A stretch of 59,863 bases of DNA, counting the filler, from Squatina squatina (taxonomy: Eukaryota): NCBI GenBank assembly GCA_031763465.1. It is 3 parts of 3 records of this genome, joined end to end, with 100 filler letters (N's around TTAATTAATTAA, not from the genome) between each part and the next. Parts side by side here need not be neighbours in the genome. Positions count along the whole stretch, not along the records: positions 1 to 21,366 come from JARFOE010000168.1; 2 more parts are not named here. One strand, 5' to 3'. Under the pieces are notes generated by a model. The model did not search any database. It was not told the DNA's origin and saw nothing but the letters and a program-made list of their open reading frames with translations. Positions 1 to 12,995 of the stretch are shown here, piece by piece. How positions within the stretch are numbered: the stretch's first letter is position 1; the number at the start of each line of letters is the position of its first letter. A program made the position numbers and the translations under genes.

Positions 1-829
1 TTTAGAGTAGGAAAGGATACAAGTGAGCCACAAAATTCAACAGAGTGGCAGAACAATATGGCATTAAAGCAACTTAATTACAGTAGAGATGCCACGTAAC
101 CTGTTGAAGTATTTGTAAAATACAAAAATGTGGACTTAAATGTTTGGTGGATTGCAGAATTAAGATACTATTAACCTATTCTTACAGGTCACAGACCTAT
201 AATGCTCTATTCTCAATCACACGCTTATTTTTTAACGCTATCTTAAAGTTTGTTTCACTCTTCCACCCCAAAACAAAAGTTATCAAAATAGTAAGATCCA
301 GAAAATTGATGATTCTAAATCTTACCAGTGCCTAACTGGGGATATAACAAATTTTTAAAAAAAATTTATGTTGCTGGTCAGCTCTAGCTTTGCACAACAT
401 GCCACACCCCGAGCAGAACAAGCCTACTTTCATATTTGTCTGTCGTTTCTGGACATTCATTACCAGCTGTCTACACGTGGGTCACCTACAAGGCACTTTT
501 ACCAGCTGCTCGGTTTGGTTTCCACTCTGTTGCAAAACAGAAAGCATATCAGCCAACTCTCGGTCTGCAGACAGCATATGAGCAATGACCCTTAGTGACG
601 GCTCATTTGTACGAGGTCCAGCAGCTGGCAAGGCACTCACCCACACTTAGTGAAACTGCAGTAATGTGTTTTCACACATGTGGTCATCTTAGAAGAAATG
701 GTTCTGGGAGCTGAAAATAGGCAGTGAGGCATGGCAATTCTTAGAGAGAAGAGTGAGGTCACTGATGTGGGACAAGGAGGAAATGAGCAATAATGAAGAA
801 CAAGTGCACATTACTGATTAGATTTCCAG

Positions 830-1353
830 TGCTGTGAGACACAGCAGGACCAGCAGCGAGCACAGGCCTGGCTGGAAACAGCAGGAGAGGAGCAGCATTT
901 AAAGTGTGGAGGACAGAGAGAGGCTAGACACAGTGGAACCAGCAGCGAGCACAGGCCTGGTTGGAAACACGCAGCGAGGCTCCGATTCAACTACTAAAAA
1001 AAGATCAAAGTGTGACATCACAGCTAAGCAGGTAGGTAATTGGTGGTGAGTATTTCTTTTCTCTTAGTACCGTGGGCTAAGTTACAATAAAGACCGATAG
1101 CATATAACTAAATTTATAAAAACTAAACTTAATTTAATAAGTTAAACAAGCTCATTATCTAGATTAAAAACTCTAAATAGACAATTGATTGACGTTGACA
1201 TAATTAATTAAATAAAATACAATAGGATGGCAGGGCAGGTGATGTGTTGCATATCACATTACAGCATATGGGAGCTGCTGGACACCAGTGTGATTCAGGG
1301 CGACACCAGCGTGACCCAGGGCGACCATATCTGCATTAAGCGTCTGCAGTGCG
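830..1353 (+). mobile_element. CR1-type LINE 5' end (5' UTR with internal repeat and start of ORF1)
   Basis: ATG at 1227 gives MAGQVMCC..SIWELLDTSVIQGD..HICIKRLQC, resembling the Cys-rich N-terminus of CR1 ORF1; 43-bp direct repeat at 838-880/927-969; cut by gap. Confidence 0.6.
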
Positions 1354-3074
1354 NNNNNNNNNNNNNNNNNNNNNNNNNNNNNNNNNNNNNNNNNNNNNNN
1401 NNNNNNNNNNNNNNNNNNNNNNNNNNNNNNNNNNNNNNNNNNNNNNNNNNNNNTTCAAGCCAGCGCAGATGAGGAAAAGCATGTAGGACAGCATATTGCA
1501 ACTTGAAGAAAAGAGGGATCAAAGGAATGGTAACCAAGTAGTACTGATAAGATAGAGAGAGCGGTAGTGATATTTAAAAATACAAAGATTTAAAACATTT
1601 TCAGCCATTAGAAGTCCTCTTCTTGGTTGTTATGACAAGAGGTAAACTGGAGGAAAAACAGTTAAGAAATTAACTAATATTCCAAAAAATCAAACAAAAT
1701 ATGCAAGTTATCAAGTGCTTCAGCAATGATTTACTGCAGTATTAATAAGAGCTTTTTTTAACCTACCCATTTTGAACAATATGCAGATTCTGCTCTTATA
1801 TAATAAACAAAGGGGATCACTATGCAGCCAAACTACACAAATACATTTACACTCCATATGATGTTAGGCCCCTTCAACATTAATACTGGATAAAGCTACA
1901 TTGAATAAATTCAATGTTTATATTAATCAAGATAATCTAATTCAGAATTCTGGGCCCAATTGATCTCATAACCCTCACCCTGTTGAAAAAACAGGCACTC
2001 CTCACACTTGGCACAGCTATGACTTGTGTTTTAAGAGTTAATAACTGCCTCTTGGATGTCAGCCAGACCAAATAAGACCTTTTCGAACTCAAGTCATTGA
2101 AGTCCCCAAAGGGTCAGCTCCTTAAAATTTAGTATCAAGGACAGCTGCATTTTCAGGAAATTTTGATCAATGACACTATTATGTAACCTTTCAAAAGAGC
2201 CTAATGCAAAAAATATGAGCTCTGTAAGCGATTGTGTAAATAGACAAGACACATGGGTTATACAAAAGAGCCAGTCTATCACAACTCTGAACTCACCCAC
2301 GTATTCAGTTTGGATAATCTGACATGTCACCACACATTTGGACCCTTGAGCATTTCAGGCTCAACAGCTCTACAAACTTGCACATAAATGAGTATCAGAT
2401 GTATTACAAAATGCAGCCTTCTGGAAAATTTGTCTATAATTCCGAAAACATCTGAGCAAGGATCAACCCACTTAAACTCACTCCCATGATCATAAGTTTA
2501 GATCTGGGGAGAGGCCAAACATTACTGTGATTGGTTGGTAATGAGACATTCGCACACTGGAAGGAAAACTTACAATTTCCAAATAATTTTGCATGTGTTA
2601 AAGCACTACACAAAATACATGATCCTAGGTTGCCCAAACCAGCACCTTGAAAATCATAGGAACACAAGTAGGCCATTCAACCCTTCAAGCCTGNNNNNNN
2701 NNNNNNNNNNNNNNNNNNNNNNNNNNNNNNNNNNNNNNNNNNNNNNNNNNNNNNNNNNNNNNNNNNNNNNNNNNNNNNNNNNNNNNNNNNNNNATGAGGC
2801 CTTGGGGAAAAACATTGCATTATTAATGCAGTTGCTCACTTACTTCTTGTAGAGTGCTGTATTCCCTTGCTCAAGAGGCACTCAGAAGTGCTGGAACATG
2901 GGAGAGATGAGCATGGAGGGCCTACACCTGCAACTGCCCACAGTGCTCCCCTGATTCCAATCATACCACTGTGGGCAGTTGTCATGAAGAAGAAAACATT
3001 TTTTTTTTTTTAAAAAAGGATAAACTTAAATAGTTTTGATATTTTAGTCAGAATAAGGTATTGAGAGTACTTAC

Positions 3075-3150
3075 CAGCTCCCCATAGTGTTTCATTGCAT
3101 ATTCCAGGACCCCAGCGGCTGCCTCAGGCTGCTGCAGTTTGTTGTTTATG
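3075..3150 (-). CDS. MTOR: mTOR kinase internal exon (FAT region; approx. human exon 29)
   Basis: CAG acceptor at 3153-3151, GTAAGT donor; 76 bp; encodes INNKLQQPEAAAGVLEYAMKHYGEL, near-identical to vertebrate mTOR. Confidence 0.96.
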
Positions 3151-3224
3151 CTGTCAATGAAATGAGAACATTTAGTACAATTCCAGTCAAGTAGCATCAG
3201 AGAAAGTATACTAATCTAAAACGT

Positions 3225-3300
3225 GTATTTATCATGTCCTCAGGATGCTCCAAAGTGATTCGCATCTAAAGAATTACTTTTGAAGTGTAATCATTGTTAC
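3225..3300 (-). mobile_element. Deu-type SINE 3' tail fragment
   Basis: Degenerate reverse complement of the tail seen at 44500-44590 and 45505-45590. Confidence 0.5.
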
Positions 3301-4463
3301 TCGTGAGCAAATACGGAAGCCCGATATTTCACTAACACTTGATGCAGAATAGTCACGCAGCATCCAGTTCATTTGTAGTGCCTTTCATTCGCTGCTATTC
3401 AGAGACATGAATTTAAGAGATTAGTGGGAGAAAGGATGAGGGATTGAGGTAGGTAAAGAAAATCAAGGCAGACAGAAATGCATGAGAATGTTACATAATA
3501 TCAGAGACAGAAGTGAGAACACAATCTTTATTGGCTCAGAGTCAAAATCAACTTAGCGATTACGATTTATTAACATTGCACCAAGGTCTATCAATGCTCG
3601 TGAGATATTTATATCCCATAAATATTCGTTGTGAATACATATAGAAANNNNNNNNNNNNNNNNNNNNNNNNNNNNNNNNNNNNNNNNNNNNNNNNNNNNN
3701 NNNNNNNNNNNNNNNNNNNNNNNNNNNNNNNNNNNNNNNNNNNNNNNTACCCGAAAGGAGGAGGACTTTTCCACTTTGTCCATAGGCTCCATTTTAGCTT
3801 CCAGTTGCTTATCTCCGGCTTTAGTTATATAATTAAACAAAACTCGGACTAAATTACAAAATGGTTACTTTTACTCAAACCTTTAAAATGACACCATTCT
3901 ATAGCTGAAATTGTAAATGTTGCTACAGAGCGATTTATTTTTGAATGCCTGGTCCTGCCATTCACTACATCACCTCGATGGAATTTGGATTGGACATTAT
4001 TGTGCAATATATTGCTGCCTGACATTAATACAGCATTACTGAGCTGTATATACTATACTTTATTCTGCCCACTCAATTCAAAATGTTCTTTGCAGTGATA
4101 ACCAATACAAATTGCAGCTGCTACGAAGACATACAGCAGCATTTCAAAGTCCATAGGAACGTGTCCACTTTAAAGAGCGTCGTACCATCTGCAAAGGGTT
4201 TCAAATAAAAATAATTACATGAATCATGGTCAAATTTTAAGATACTTTTGTTTATTTCTCCATTTATTTTGGATGATAACTTTGAATAATTTGTTTAAAC
4301 AGTGAGTGCTGATAATCTAATTGTGGACAGGGGTGGAGGGTAGGGAGAGGCGGCTAAAGGCATNNNNNNNNNNNNNNNNNNNNNNNNNNNNNNNNNNNNN
4401 NNNNNNNNNNNNNNNNNNNNNNNNNNNNNNNNNNNNNNNNNNNNNNNNNNNNNNNNNNNNNNN

Positions 4464-4720
4464 AAGAAAGTGCAGGAGGGGGTCTTTTCAGGCGGGCTGG
4501 ATAATGAGTAAAACGTCGACCTAAGCTTAGAAGAGGACAGGTGAACAGACAGTTCAGATTTAACTACTTTATACAAAGGGTGGTGAATATATGGAACAAA
4601 TTGCCTGGAGCAGGTAGGACTGTGAAGGCCGCTAGTATCAACAAATTCAAGGAACCAAATGGATATTTTGCCAAGAGAGATCAAGAGGTAAGAGAGACAG
4701 TACTGTGTAATACTTTTTAA
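4464..4720 (+). mobile_element. Degraded CR1 LINE 3' fragment
   Basis: Resembles CR1 3' end pattern (tttatacaaagggtggtgaatatatggaacaaattgcc...) also seen at 44860-44950. Confidence 0.45.
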
Positions 4721-5314
4721 GCTTTGGGACTCAAGATGGTCCACAAAATGGTTTTTGTGAGTCCTGTACATTCTGACGAAAGAGGAAGGGTTAAACAAAG
4801 AAAAAGTAAAAACAAAACGTGGATCGGGATAAATGGGCAGCTTAATTCAGAAAGGTTGAAGTAAAAATCAAGTCAGCAAATTCAGGTTAGCAATGCCAAC
4901 TTACTGGGTAGAAAATTTAGATTGGAACAATATGATGCAACAGTCTATACAGAATCTTTCAAAATGACTAGTATATATGCTGCATTTGGTACGATCCATG
5001 GATAACTCGCTTCAATGCTTTATAACTGGTATGGAGTATGGTAGCTATTTAGTCTGGTTTCATAAACAGTGATGGAGGAAAAAAAAAATGAATGAAAATT
5101 TCCTGTTTGTGTGAGTACCATACATGTACATAGATTTCGATCAATGTTCTAACTTGGAAAAGGAGCTCACAAAAATGAAAAAAAATTGAAGATATTAGTA
5201 AAAAGGCCACTCTTCATTGTTGCACACATGCAGCTGCAGTGCGGTAATGGTTTGATTTAATACTCCCTTGGGCATTCTGGAGCAGTAATGCAGTCTTTAA
5301 CCTTTTGTTTGCAG

Positions 5315-5415
5315 ATGCTACGTATGACTGTACATCGCTGTACCAGAAGAATTATCGAATATCTGGTGTATACAAGCTTCCTGCAGATGAGTTCCTGGGA
5401 ACTCCAGAACTAGAG
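5315..5415 (+). CDS. ANGPTL7: Angiopoietin-related protein 7, exon 2
   Basis: ttgcag acceptor, GAG/gt donor; 101 bp; DATYDCTSLYQKNYRISGVYKLPADEFLGTPELE, start of the fibrinogen domain. Confidence 0.93.
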
Positions 5416-5579
5416 GTGATGCTTTTTAAAATAAACTTCCTTTATTTTCATTCATATTATCTTTTGGACGTGATTTACTCCCATTGAGGTTTAAGCTGGT
5501 GGAGCCATCTGTTGAACACTGTCACTGCGATGACTGCAATACACAGGACACTCGTTACTTATCATTTGTGAATTTTTTT

Positions 5580-6170
5580 TTACTCTATTTGCTCTATCAA
5601 AACCTCTCACCATCTTGAGAACCTCTCTTAGGTCACCTCTTAACCTTCTCTGCTCCAAGAACAGACCTAACTTTCCAACCTCTCCTCATGGCTGCAGCCC
5701 TCATCCCTGGTATCATCCTGGTAAACCTCCTCTGTGCCCTCTCTAAGACCTTTACATCTTTCCTGAAGTGTGGGGCCCAGAATTGTCTCCAATCCTCCAG
5801 CTGAGGCCTCACCAGGGATTTATAAAGTTCCAGCATGATCTCTCGACTTTTATATTCTATTCCTCTATTTATAAATCCAAGTAACCCAGATGCTTTTTAG
5901 CTATCTTATCAACTTGCCCTGCCACCTTTAAGGGTTTGTTTATCTGGACACCAAGGTCTCTCTGCTCATCTACACTTTCCAAAACTGTGCCATTTATCGT
6001 ATACTATCTTTCCATATTAGTCCTCCCAAAGTGCATCACTTCGCACTTCTCCGCACTAAACTCCATCTACCGTGCTTCTGCTCATTTCACCATCCTGTCT
6101 ATAACTATCCTCATCACTCTCCACTACTTTACCAAGTATCGTGTCATCTGCAAACTTTATAATGCTGACC
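5580..6170 (-). mobile_element. CR1 LINE ORF2 C-terminal fragment
   Basis: ORF 5633-5836: LYKSLVRPQLE..QFWAPHFRKDVKVLERAQRRFTRMIPGMR, a typical CR1 post-RT motif. Confidence 0.85.
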
Positions 6171-6210
6171 AGAGTCTCGGCCATTTATAAAAATTAATAA
6201 GTAATGGAAC

Positions 6211-6818
6211 TGAAGTGGGACACGAAAGATTGAAATTTAAAGAACTAACATTGTAGTGATTGTGCTTAAATAGTTAATATAGTAGCCATAAAGGCTGTGG
6301 ATACACTGGATATTAAGTTAACAAAATGGTTAAGTTAACACTGCTGTAAAGCATGATGGGATACTTAACCAAAAAGACAGATTCGGAAGGCTTCTAACAG
6401 CCTAGTACAATGGTTTTCACAACATTTTAATGAGCATAAGACACAGACTGCCTGGGTGATTTAATGACAGAGATACCGGAGATGTAAACTCTCGGTACGC
6501 TTGACTATATATGGGGAGTTAATCACCCCTAGCTACGGGTAGTTAATCACTTGCCTTCAAGGCTGCATTTAACAAGGGACGATTAGAATAAACACAGCGC
6601 AGCTGCTGAGGTCACGGGGGCCATGTCTCACATCAAGGGGCAGGAAGCTAGATGTATGTAACCCAGCGAAGTCCCCGCCCACAGACTGCGAGCATGTGTC
6701 AGCTCAGAATTGTTATAAATGTAACTTCAGTCTTTGTATTTTTGAGATTGGCTCTTGAACTGTTCGAGGCCTCTTCTCCCTTGCAATTGGTCAAATAAAC
6801 CTTTGTCTTACTGAACTT
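6211..6818 (+). mobile_element. LTR-like repeat (probable solo LTR; right end in gap)
   Basis: Begins TG, AATAAA near 6794; first ~240 bp shared with 24532-24761 with the same left boundary (TGAAGTGGG). Confidence 0.6.
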
Positions 6819-7000
6819 NNNNNNNNNNNNNNNNNNNNNNNNNNNNNNNNNNNNNNNNNNNNNNNNNNNNNNNNNNNNNNNNNNNNNNNNNNNNNNNNNN
6901 NNNNNNNNNNNNNNNNNNAGAATTACCATGGTGGTTATTAAACCTTTCTAATTGATTTATAGCAGTAGGAATCCATGAAATGAATGTATTTTTAATGAAA

Positions 7001-7190
7001 GAAAAATACAAAATGCTGGAAATACAGTCAGCCAGCATCTGTAAAGAGAACAAACAAGTTAATGTTTGAGGTTGGGGTTACACTTTAAATATTTCCTTGT
7101 CGTCTTTCTTTACAATTGCTGATAGATTTGCTGAGTTTCTCCAGCATTTTGTGTTTTTATTTCTACTTTCTAGCATTTGCAGTTGTTTCT
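7001..7190. mobile_element. Palindromic Penelope-derived short repeat
   Basis: Arms aaaatacaaaatgctggaaatac... and ...tctccagcattttgtgttttt are inverted; related fragments at ~21120-21175 and 47982-48020. Confidence 0.55.
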
Positions 7191-7554
7191 AATTTAAATT
7201 TTTGATGAAAATGTGTTCTGCTGGAGCTAAAGAATTAATTGAGAAATGGAGGATGAAAACGGTTAAATAACACTTAAACTACTTTATTCCTCAATGTCCA
7301 ATATACAATTGTAGTACATGGTGTATTCAATAGGATTTACCCAATAGAAAATTCAAATCAAAAATCTCTATGCTCGATCAAAATGATCTGAGATTGCAAT
7401 ACCATTGCAAGTGCACTAGCCCAAACTTAGACTAGTGAATGATGCTTTAAATTTGCTCAGTTTCTTATTAGAATAGAATGAAAGTCTAGCTAAATATTTC
7501 AGTGTTCAAGAATACTACCTATGTCTAGTTAAATAATCATTTGTATTGCTTTAG

Positions 7555-7749
7555 GTGTACTGTGACATGGAAACTGGAGGTGGTGGCTGGACCGTTATAC
7601 AACGTCGCAAAGCTGGCCTAACCTCTTTCAATCGGGACTGGAAACAGTACAAGCGAGGATTTGGCAACATCCGTGGAGACTTCTGGTTGGGAAATGAACA
7701 CATTTTTCGATTAACCAGGCAACCAAGTATACTCAGGATAGACATGGAG
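7555..7749 (+). CDS. ANGPTL7: Angiopoietin-related protein 7, exon 3
   Basis: ttag acceptor, GAG/gtaact donor; 195 bp; [65 protein letters not shown]. Confidence 0.95.
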
Positions 7750-7982
7750 GTAACTCATTAGAATTTTCATTTATATATTTTCCCAAAATTACAACTAATT
7801 TTATTTCAGATGAAATATTCAATGGACAGAATTGGAAACCGTAGGAAATGTAATATTTAAATTCCTACCGTAAAAAGATTTAGAGGTGTGCACTAAATGT
7901 GAATTAATATACTACAGCATGCTAGTAGCAATTTATATTGGTGTTAATAAGCTGTATAATGGTTTGACCTATATAACTACAG

Positions 7983-8007
7983 GACTGGGAAGGACGTACT
8001 TGTTATG
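7983..8007 (+). CDS. ANGPTL7: Angiopoietin-related protein 7, start of exon 4 (rest in gap)
   Basis: tacag acceptor then DWEGRTCY, in phase with exon 3. Confidence 0.85.
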
Positions 8008-8723
8008 NNNNNNNNNNNNNNNNNNNNNNNNNNNNNNNNNNNNNNNNNNNNNNNNNNNNNNNNNNNNNNNNNNNNNNNNNNNNNNNNNNNNNNNNNNNNN
8101 NNNNNNNTCATGTTCTGACCTAATTGATTCATGATTTATGAGAATTTGGCTGAAAACGGCATTTTTTTGGCTTAGTTGCTAGAATATGTAAATCTCTATT
8201 AGAGTCGATCTAATAAAGACTTATTTCAAACCCCATAACTTCATATTGCATAATTGAAACGATTGGAATGTCTTAAGTGGGAAACTTGTACATAAAAGGA
8301 AATTAAACTTTTTTACTTGAATGCAATATTTTCTAATAGAGCTCACTATGGTGAATGTACAGTATGATTCCATTCCTCACTTGAGGTTTCCCTGAAAATG
8401 TGAAAAATCTGTAGCTTCATACTATAGCTAAGTAAGTGAAATCACACATATACAAAGTCTTCCAGTTATTTCAGCAGAGTCAACACGAATGAGTGATGTG
8501 GATATGATTACAAAGAAAAAAATGTTGCATAAAAATGCACATGACTGGAAAAGATCACTGTGAACCACCTAGCTGATCCCAAAGTTTAAAATTACCATAT
8601 CCCTCTATAACTTTCTCTTTTAAATTTACCAGCACTATCCACCTCTACTGCCTCCCCAATCTTTAACTCCCGAGAAAGGATATTCACAATATATACAGTA
8701 ACTCACTGTCCTTTTGACTGCAG

Positions 8724-8891
8724 GTGGCTACTGGTACAACTGCTGCACAGATTCCAATCTGAATGGAGTTTATTACCGTCAAGGTCAGCACGCCCAAAAC
8801 TCTGATGGCATCACATGGTACGGCTGGCATGGTTCAAGTTACTCACTGAAACAAGTCGAAATGAAGATTCGTCCACAAAACTTCAGGCCTT
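8724..8891 (+). CDS. ANGPTL7: Angiopoietin-related protein 7, last coding exon
   Basis: tgcag acceptor; GGYWYNCCTDSNLNGVYYRQGQHAQNSDGITWYGWHGSSYSLKQVEMKIRPQNFRP; stop begins at T8891 and reads TAA if the 10-N gap is closed. Confidence 0.95.
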
Positions 8892-10779
8892 NNNNNNNNN
8901 NAAAATTGTGGATTGAAGGGCTTTTCTAAGCAAAACTTTGAGAAGCTTCCCAGGCATTTCTTTCTTCTCCATTCCTCCCTCTGCAAATCGCTCACACATA
9001 ATTATATGCCCAACAAACAAACTGTTAAACATTGCAAAATTAAGTGAAAAGTACTAGTCCCCATAACAGGTCTTCAAAATGTATATATAAAGAAATTAAT
9101 ACTAAAATTGTACTGCAGAAATGCTACTATGGTCTTCAATGGATTTGAANNNNNNNNNNNNNNNNNNNNNNNNNNNNNNNNNNNNNNNNNNNNNNNNNNN
9201 NNNNNNNNNNNNNNNNNNNNNNNNNNNNNNNNNNNNNNNNNNNNNNNNNAGCAATTTGAGAAGTTTCTGACAATCTTAATAAAGCACTACATGAATACAA
9301 GTCTGATGCATAGTCTTATTTCTCAGTAAAAATCCTCTGCCACATAATAATTCTGGTCTAGTATTATAACATTGCATAATACCTTCAGTCTATCACATGA
9401 TACAGGCCCATATGGAAAATAATTCAGGTGGCATCTAACAGTGAGAACAAAAGATATAAATCATAACAGTAAACCTTTTCACAGCAAAGCACTGAAAAGG
9501 TCGAGTCAAGTATAATTCTGAGTGAACCTGAAAAGTTTTTGACACATTTATGTAGTTAACAAAAACCCAAAATCTTCAATTATTCATTTAAAATTCTACT
9601 CAATTCAGTCTGGAAACAAAAAAAAAAAAATTTTTTAAATGACTATTATGCTACTTACACCACTATACTATAATCACCCCAGAGGCTACTGTCTGGTATG
9701 CGATCTCCTCACATTACACAGATTTTTTTCAGCAAAGTCTCTACTTCAAGTAAAACAGGCCTCGACCAGCTAAACAAAATGATCTATTTTCCCCTCAGAA
9801 TGCCAACTAATTAAACAGGGCTTTAATTCCATTGTTCACAAAAGCCGTTGGCCTTTCTTTTTATTTGTACTCTGACTGAAATCAAATGTTCTGAGGTTTG
9901 TCTAGCGGAACTTGTGTGCATGACTGAATACTCCACTCTTAAAAGGACGTTCTTCACTGTGCCAGCATAGTACTTCCATTTTCCACAATCTCGATTTACG
10001 TGACCTTAAAGCAAAATACCAAAGGAGTATCTAGTTCAAGGCACTGTTGTACTGTTGTCACATGGTAAAGGAAGCTGGCCTCAGTTTGGAGAAAACTTTT
10101 GCATACTTAACTGGAGCCTGGTGTGATGGAAGCAGAACTCTTGCCTTGCTTTAACCTGTAAAATCTCCATTGTATCTTTTTTCCGTATGTTAGGGTCAAT
10201 ATATTCTGAATTTATAAACGTCTTCAGTTATGTGCCTTCTTAAAATTTCTTTGGCATACGAGGGGAAAAACACCTAGCTCAGTGCTGTCCAATAGCAATT
10301 ACTAACTAGCTACAGATGTGGCTACAGCGTCATCATTTTATGCGCATGCAGTAATTTTAGTAGAAATCGCTTTGCTACACTAACACAATACATGTAAATG
10401 TACTTCACGTGCACATTTACTGAACAAACATCGACCACCAGTCAGTAACCAAGGAAGCTAGGCAAGAAGGCCCCACCCCCACCTTCTCAAGGTCAACTAT
10501 GGATGGGCAATAAATGCCGGCATCCCGAGAAAGCATATTTAAAACATCATAACGATCAAAAAACACTCCCACGCTTTGCTTTCATCTTACCATTTTAGAA
10601 ACAAATGCCCAAACTGGTTAAAGTATACATGCTTACACTGGGCGCATATGACTATTGAGATCGCGTGCCCAGGGGCGATGTCTATTACTCATTTTTTTAA
10701 TTTACTAATCAGAAATGCAATTTCCAACATTTGGATTCCCAATTAGCCACATGTGGCTAATATCTAATCTATTGAACAA

Positions 10780-10985
10780 CGCTGAAGCAGTACCACAGAA
10801 TCTTTTGCATCCACTTTAACAGGCAGACTGTGCCTTGGTTTAAAATTTCATCCAAAAATGGCATCTTAAACACTAACTGCACTGAAGTGTCAGTTAAGAT
10901 CATGTGCTCAAGTCCTAGAGTGTGACTTGAATCCACGTCCTTTTGACTTAGAGGTGAGAGTACCATCACTGAGCCAAGCTGATTA
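10780..10985 (-). mobile_element. tRNA-derived Deu-type SINE (5' half)
   Basis: Reverse complement of 45750-45960 (A/B-box head cttggctcagtgatgg...gattcaagtc plus core). Confidence 0.75.
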
Positions 10986-11164
10986 AGTGAAGTTTGTCTG
11001 GTTGTATTGATGACACTCAGTTAGGGAGCTATATGATCTGTATACATGCACATTCATCGCCTCTTGTGTAGATTAGGCATTGCATATGTTTGTATAATAG
11101 AACAGTTCAAAATAACATGGTGGGAGGATGTGAATGTGGTAGATTGTCCATGGAACTAACGGCA

Positions 11165-11415
11165 AAAGTTGTATAAATATATTGAGAGAGAGAGGATGGT
11201 CAAGGGGAATGTGGCTCCATTAAAGATGGATGCAAGCAAGCCTATAATGGATAATAACGATATTGAAGATTTGTTAAATGAGTACTTTGTGTTTGTTTTT
11301 AGCATGTGTTTGTGTAGCATGAAACATAGAAACATAGAAAATAGGAGCATAAGTAGGCCATTCGGCCCTTCAGACCTGCTCCACCATTCAATATGATCAT
11401 GGCTGATCATCTAAA
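11165..11415. mobile_element. CR1 fragments: + strand ORF2 piece followed by - strand CR1 3' end
   Basis: KYIERERMVKGNVAPLK...LLNEYF motif; catagaaacatagaaaataggagc tail matches the reverse of 58215-58290. Confidence 0.65.
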
Positions 11416-12831
11416 TTCAATAAATTCGATTAGGCACTTTACAGCCTTCTGGACTTAACATTGAGTTCAACAATTTCAGAGCATAACCTNNNNNNNNNNN
11501 NNNNNNNNNNNNNNNNNNNNNNNNNNNNNNNNNNNNNNNNNNNNNNNNNNNNNNNNNNNNNNNNNNNNNNNNNNNNNNNNNNNNNNNNNNNNNNNNNNNN
11601 NNNNNNNNNNNNNNNNNNNNNNNNNNNNNNNNNNNNNNNNNNNNNNNNNNNNNNNNNNNNNNNNNNNNNNNNNNNNNNNNNNNNNNNNNNNNNNNNNNNN
11701 NNNNNNNNNNNNNNNNNNNNNNNNNNNNNNNNNNNNNNNNNNNNNNNNNNNNNNNNNNNNNNNNNNNNNNNNNNNNNNNNNNNNNNNNNNNNNNNNNNNN
11801 NNNNNNNNNNNNNNNNNNNNNNNNNNNNNNNNNNNNNNNNNNNNNNNNNNNNNNNNNNNNNNNNNNNNNNNNNNNNNNNNNNNNNNNNNNNNNNNNNNNN
11901 NNNNNNNNNNNNNNNNNNNNNNNNNNNNNNNNNNNNNNNNNNNNNNNNNNNNNNNNNNNNNNNNNNNNNNNNNNNNTCAATCAGAAACTGCTTTAACAGT
12001 AATGATATTAGTATGTTACTTCTAGCTCTCAAAATCCAGCCAAGAAAGGCAGGATTCAGCCAAGTAGAACTATAAGGTTACAAAGTTCTTTTTAAAAAAA
12101 AAATGTCTAACCCATTTGATCATTCTTGTTAAATATTACTGTGAGTGGCTACTCCAGATTATTACTTGGAGATCCAAGTGAGACCAGAGTCACAGACGAG
12201 CATGTTTCTTGAACTGAACTACCAATTTTCAATGGAGTATATGAGAAACACTTAAAATGACAGCCAACCAGCATTTACAGCTGAACTCTTTACCCCTGCA
12301 AGAAGTCCTGGGCTGCTAATAGCTCTTAAAAGAAATGGACAACATGACTCAAAGTAAACTTCCATTATTTATGGATTAAAATTACTTCCGTAAAGTAAAA
12401 CAAGATGCCTAAATGAAAATCTGCAGAATGTTACATCGACTGCAAGAGGTGAACCAGGTGCCTTATTGAAACCATATTTCCACCTTAATAGTTTAGGAAG
12501 GTAGCACATACCACCAGTGTTCCAGAGCTTTAAATTCCAAGCTATATTAATAGTCATTTTTGCATGTTTTATTCTAATCTAAACATTAAATTCCAGTATA
12601 CTTCCATTATGATAGTATGAATCAAAGTACAATTATCATCTAAATACACTATTTATTGGTTAGGCCTTTGCCAGAATTCAAGTGCACATTCAATAATGCA
12701 AGCCGGTTTGAATTGTTGGGAATGGAATTTAAATAGAGGGTGCTCTCCTCTCAATTGTTACAAACCGGCACAAATCCCAACACTCTTGAGCAACACAGTC
12801 TTCAAGCCAATACAAGAAGTGTCATCAGGAC

Positions 12832-12995
12832 CAATGTTCCCTCTAAGCTGCATGACCGCGCAGTAAAGGGAAAGATCCTGTGCAGGCCGCTCACCAGCTT
12901 CATCGTAAATACCACGCTTGTACGGAAATTTAAAAGAACTACGCACTAAAAGAAACCGGCTGTGCAGAACAAAGCGCAGCTTGCAGGCAACATTG
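12832..12995. mobile_element. hAT-type MITE with 8-bp TSD
   Basis: TIRs CAATGTTCCCTCTAAGCTGC / GCAGCTTGCAGGCAACATTG; exact flanking duplication ATCAGGAC at 12824-12831 and 12996-13003. Confidence 0.85.

Noticed and set aside
11417-12075. Long ORFs of about 190-240 aa here and at 14338-15009, 30290-31003 and 56161-56928
   Set aside because: They are made almost entirely of N runs
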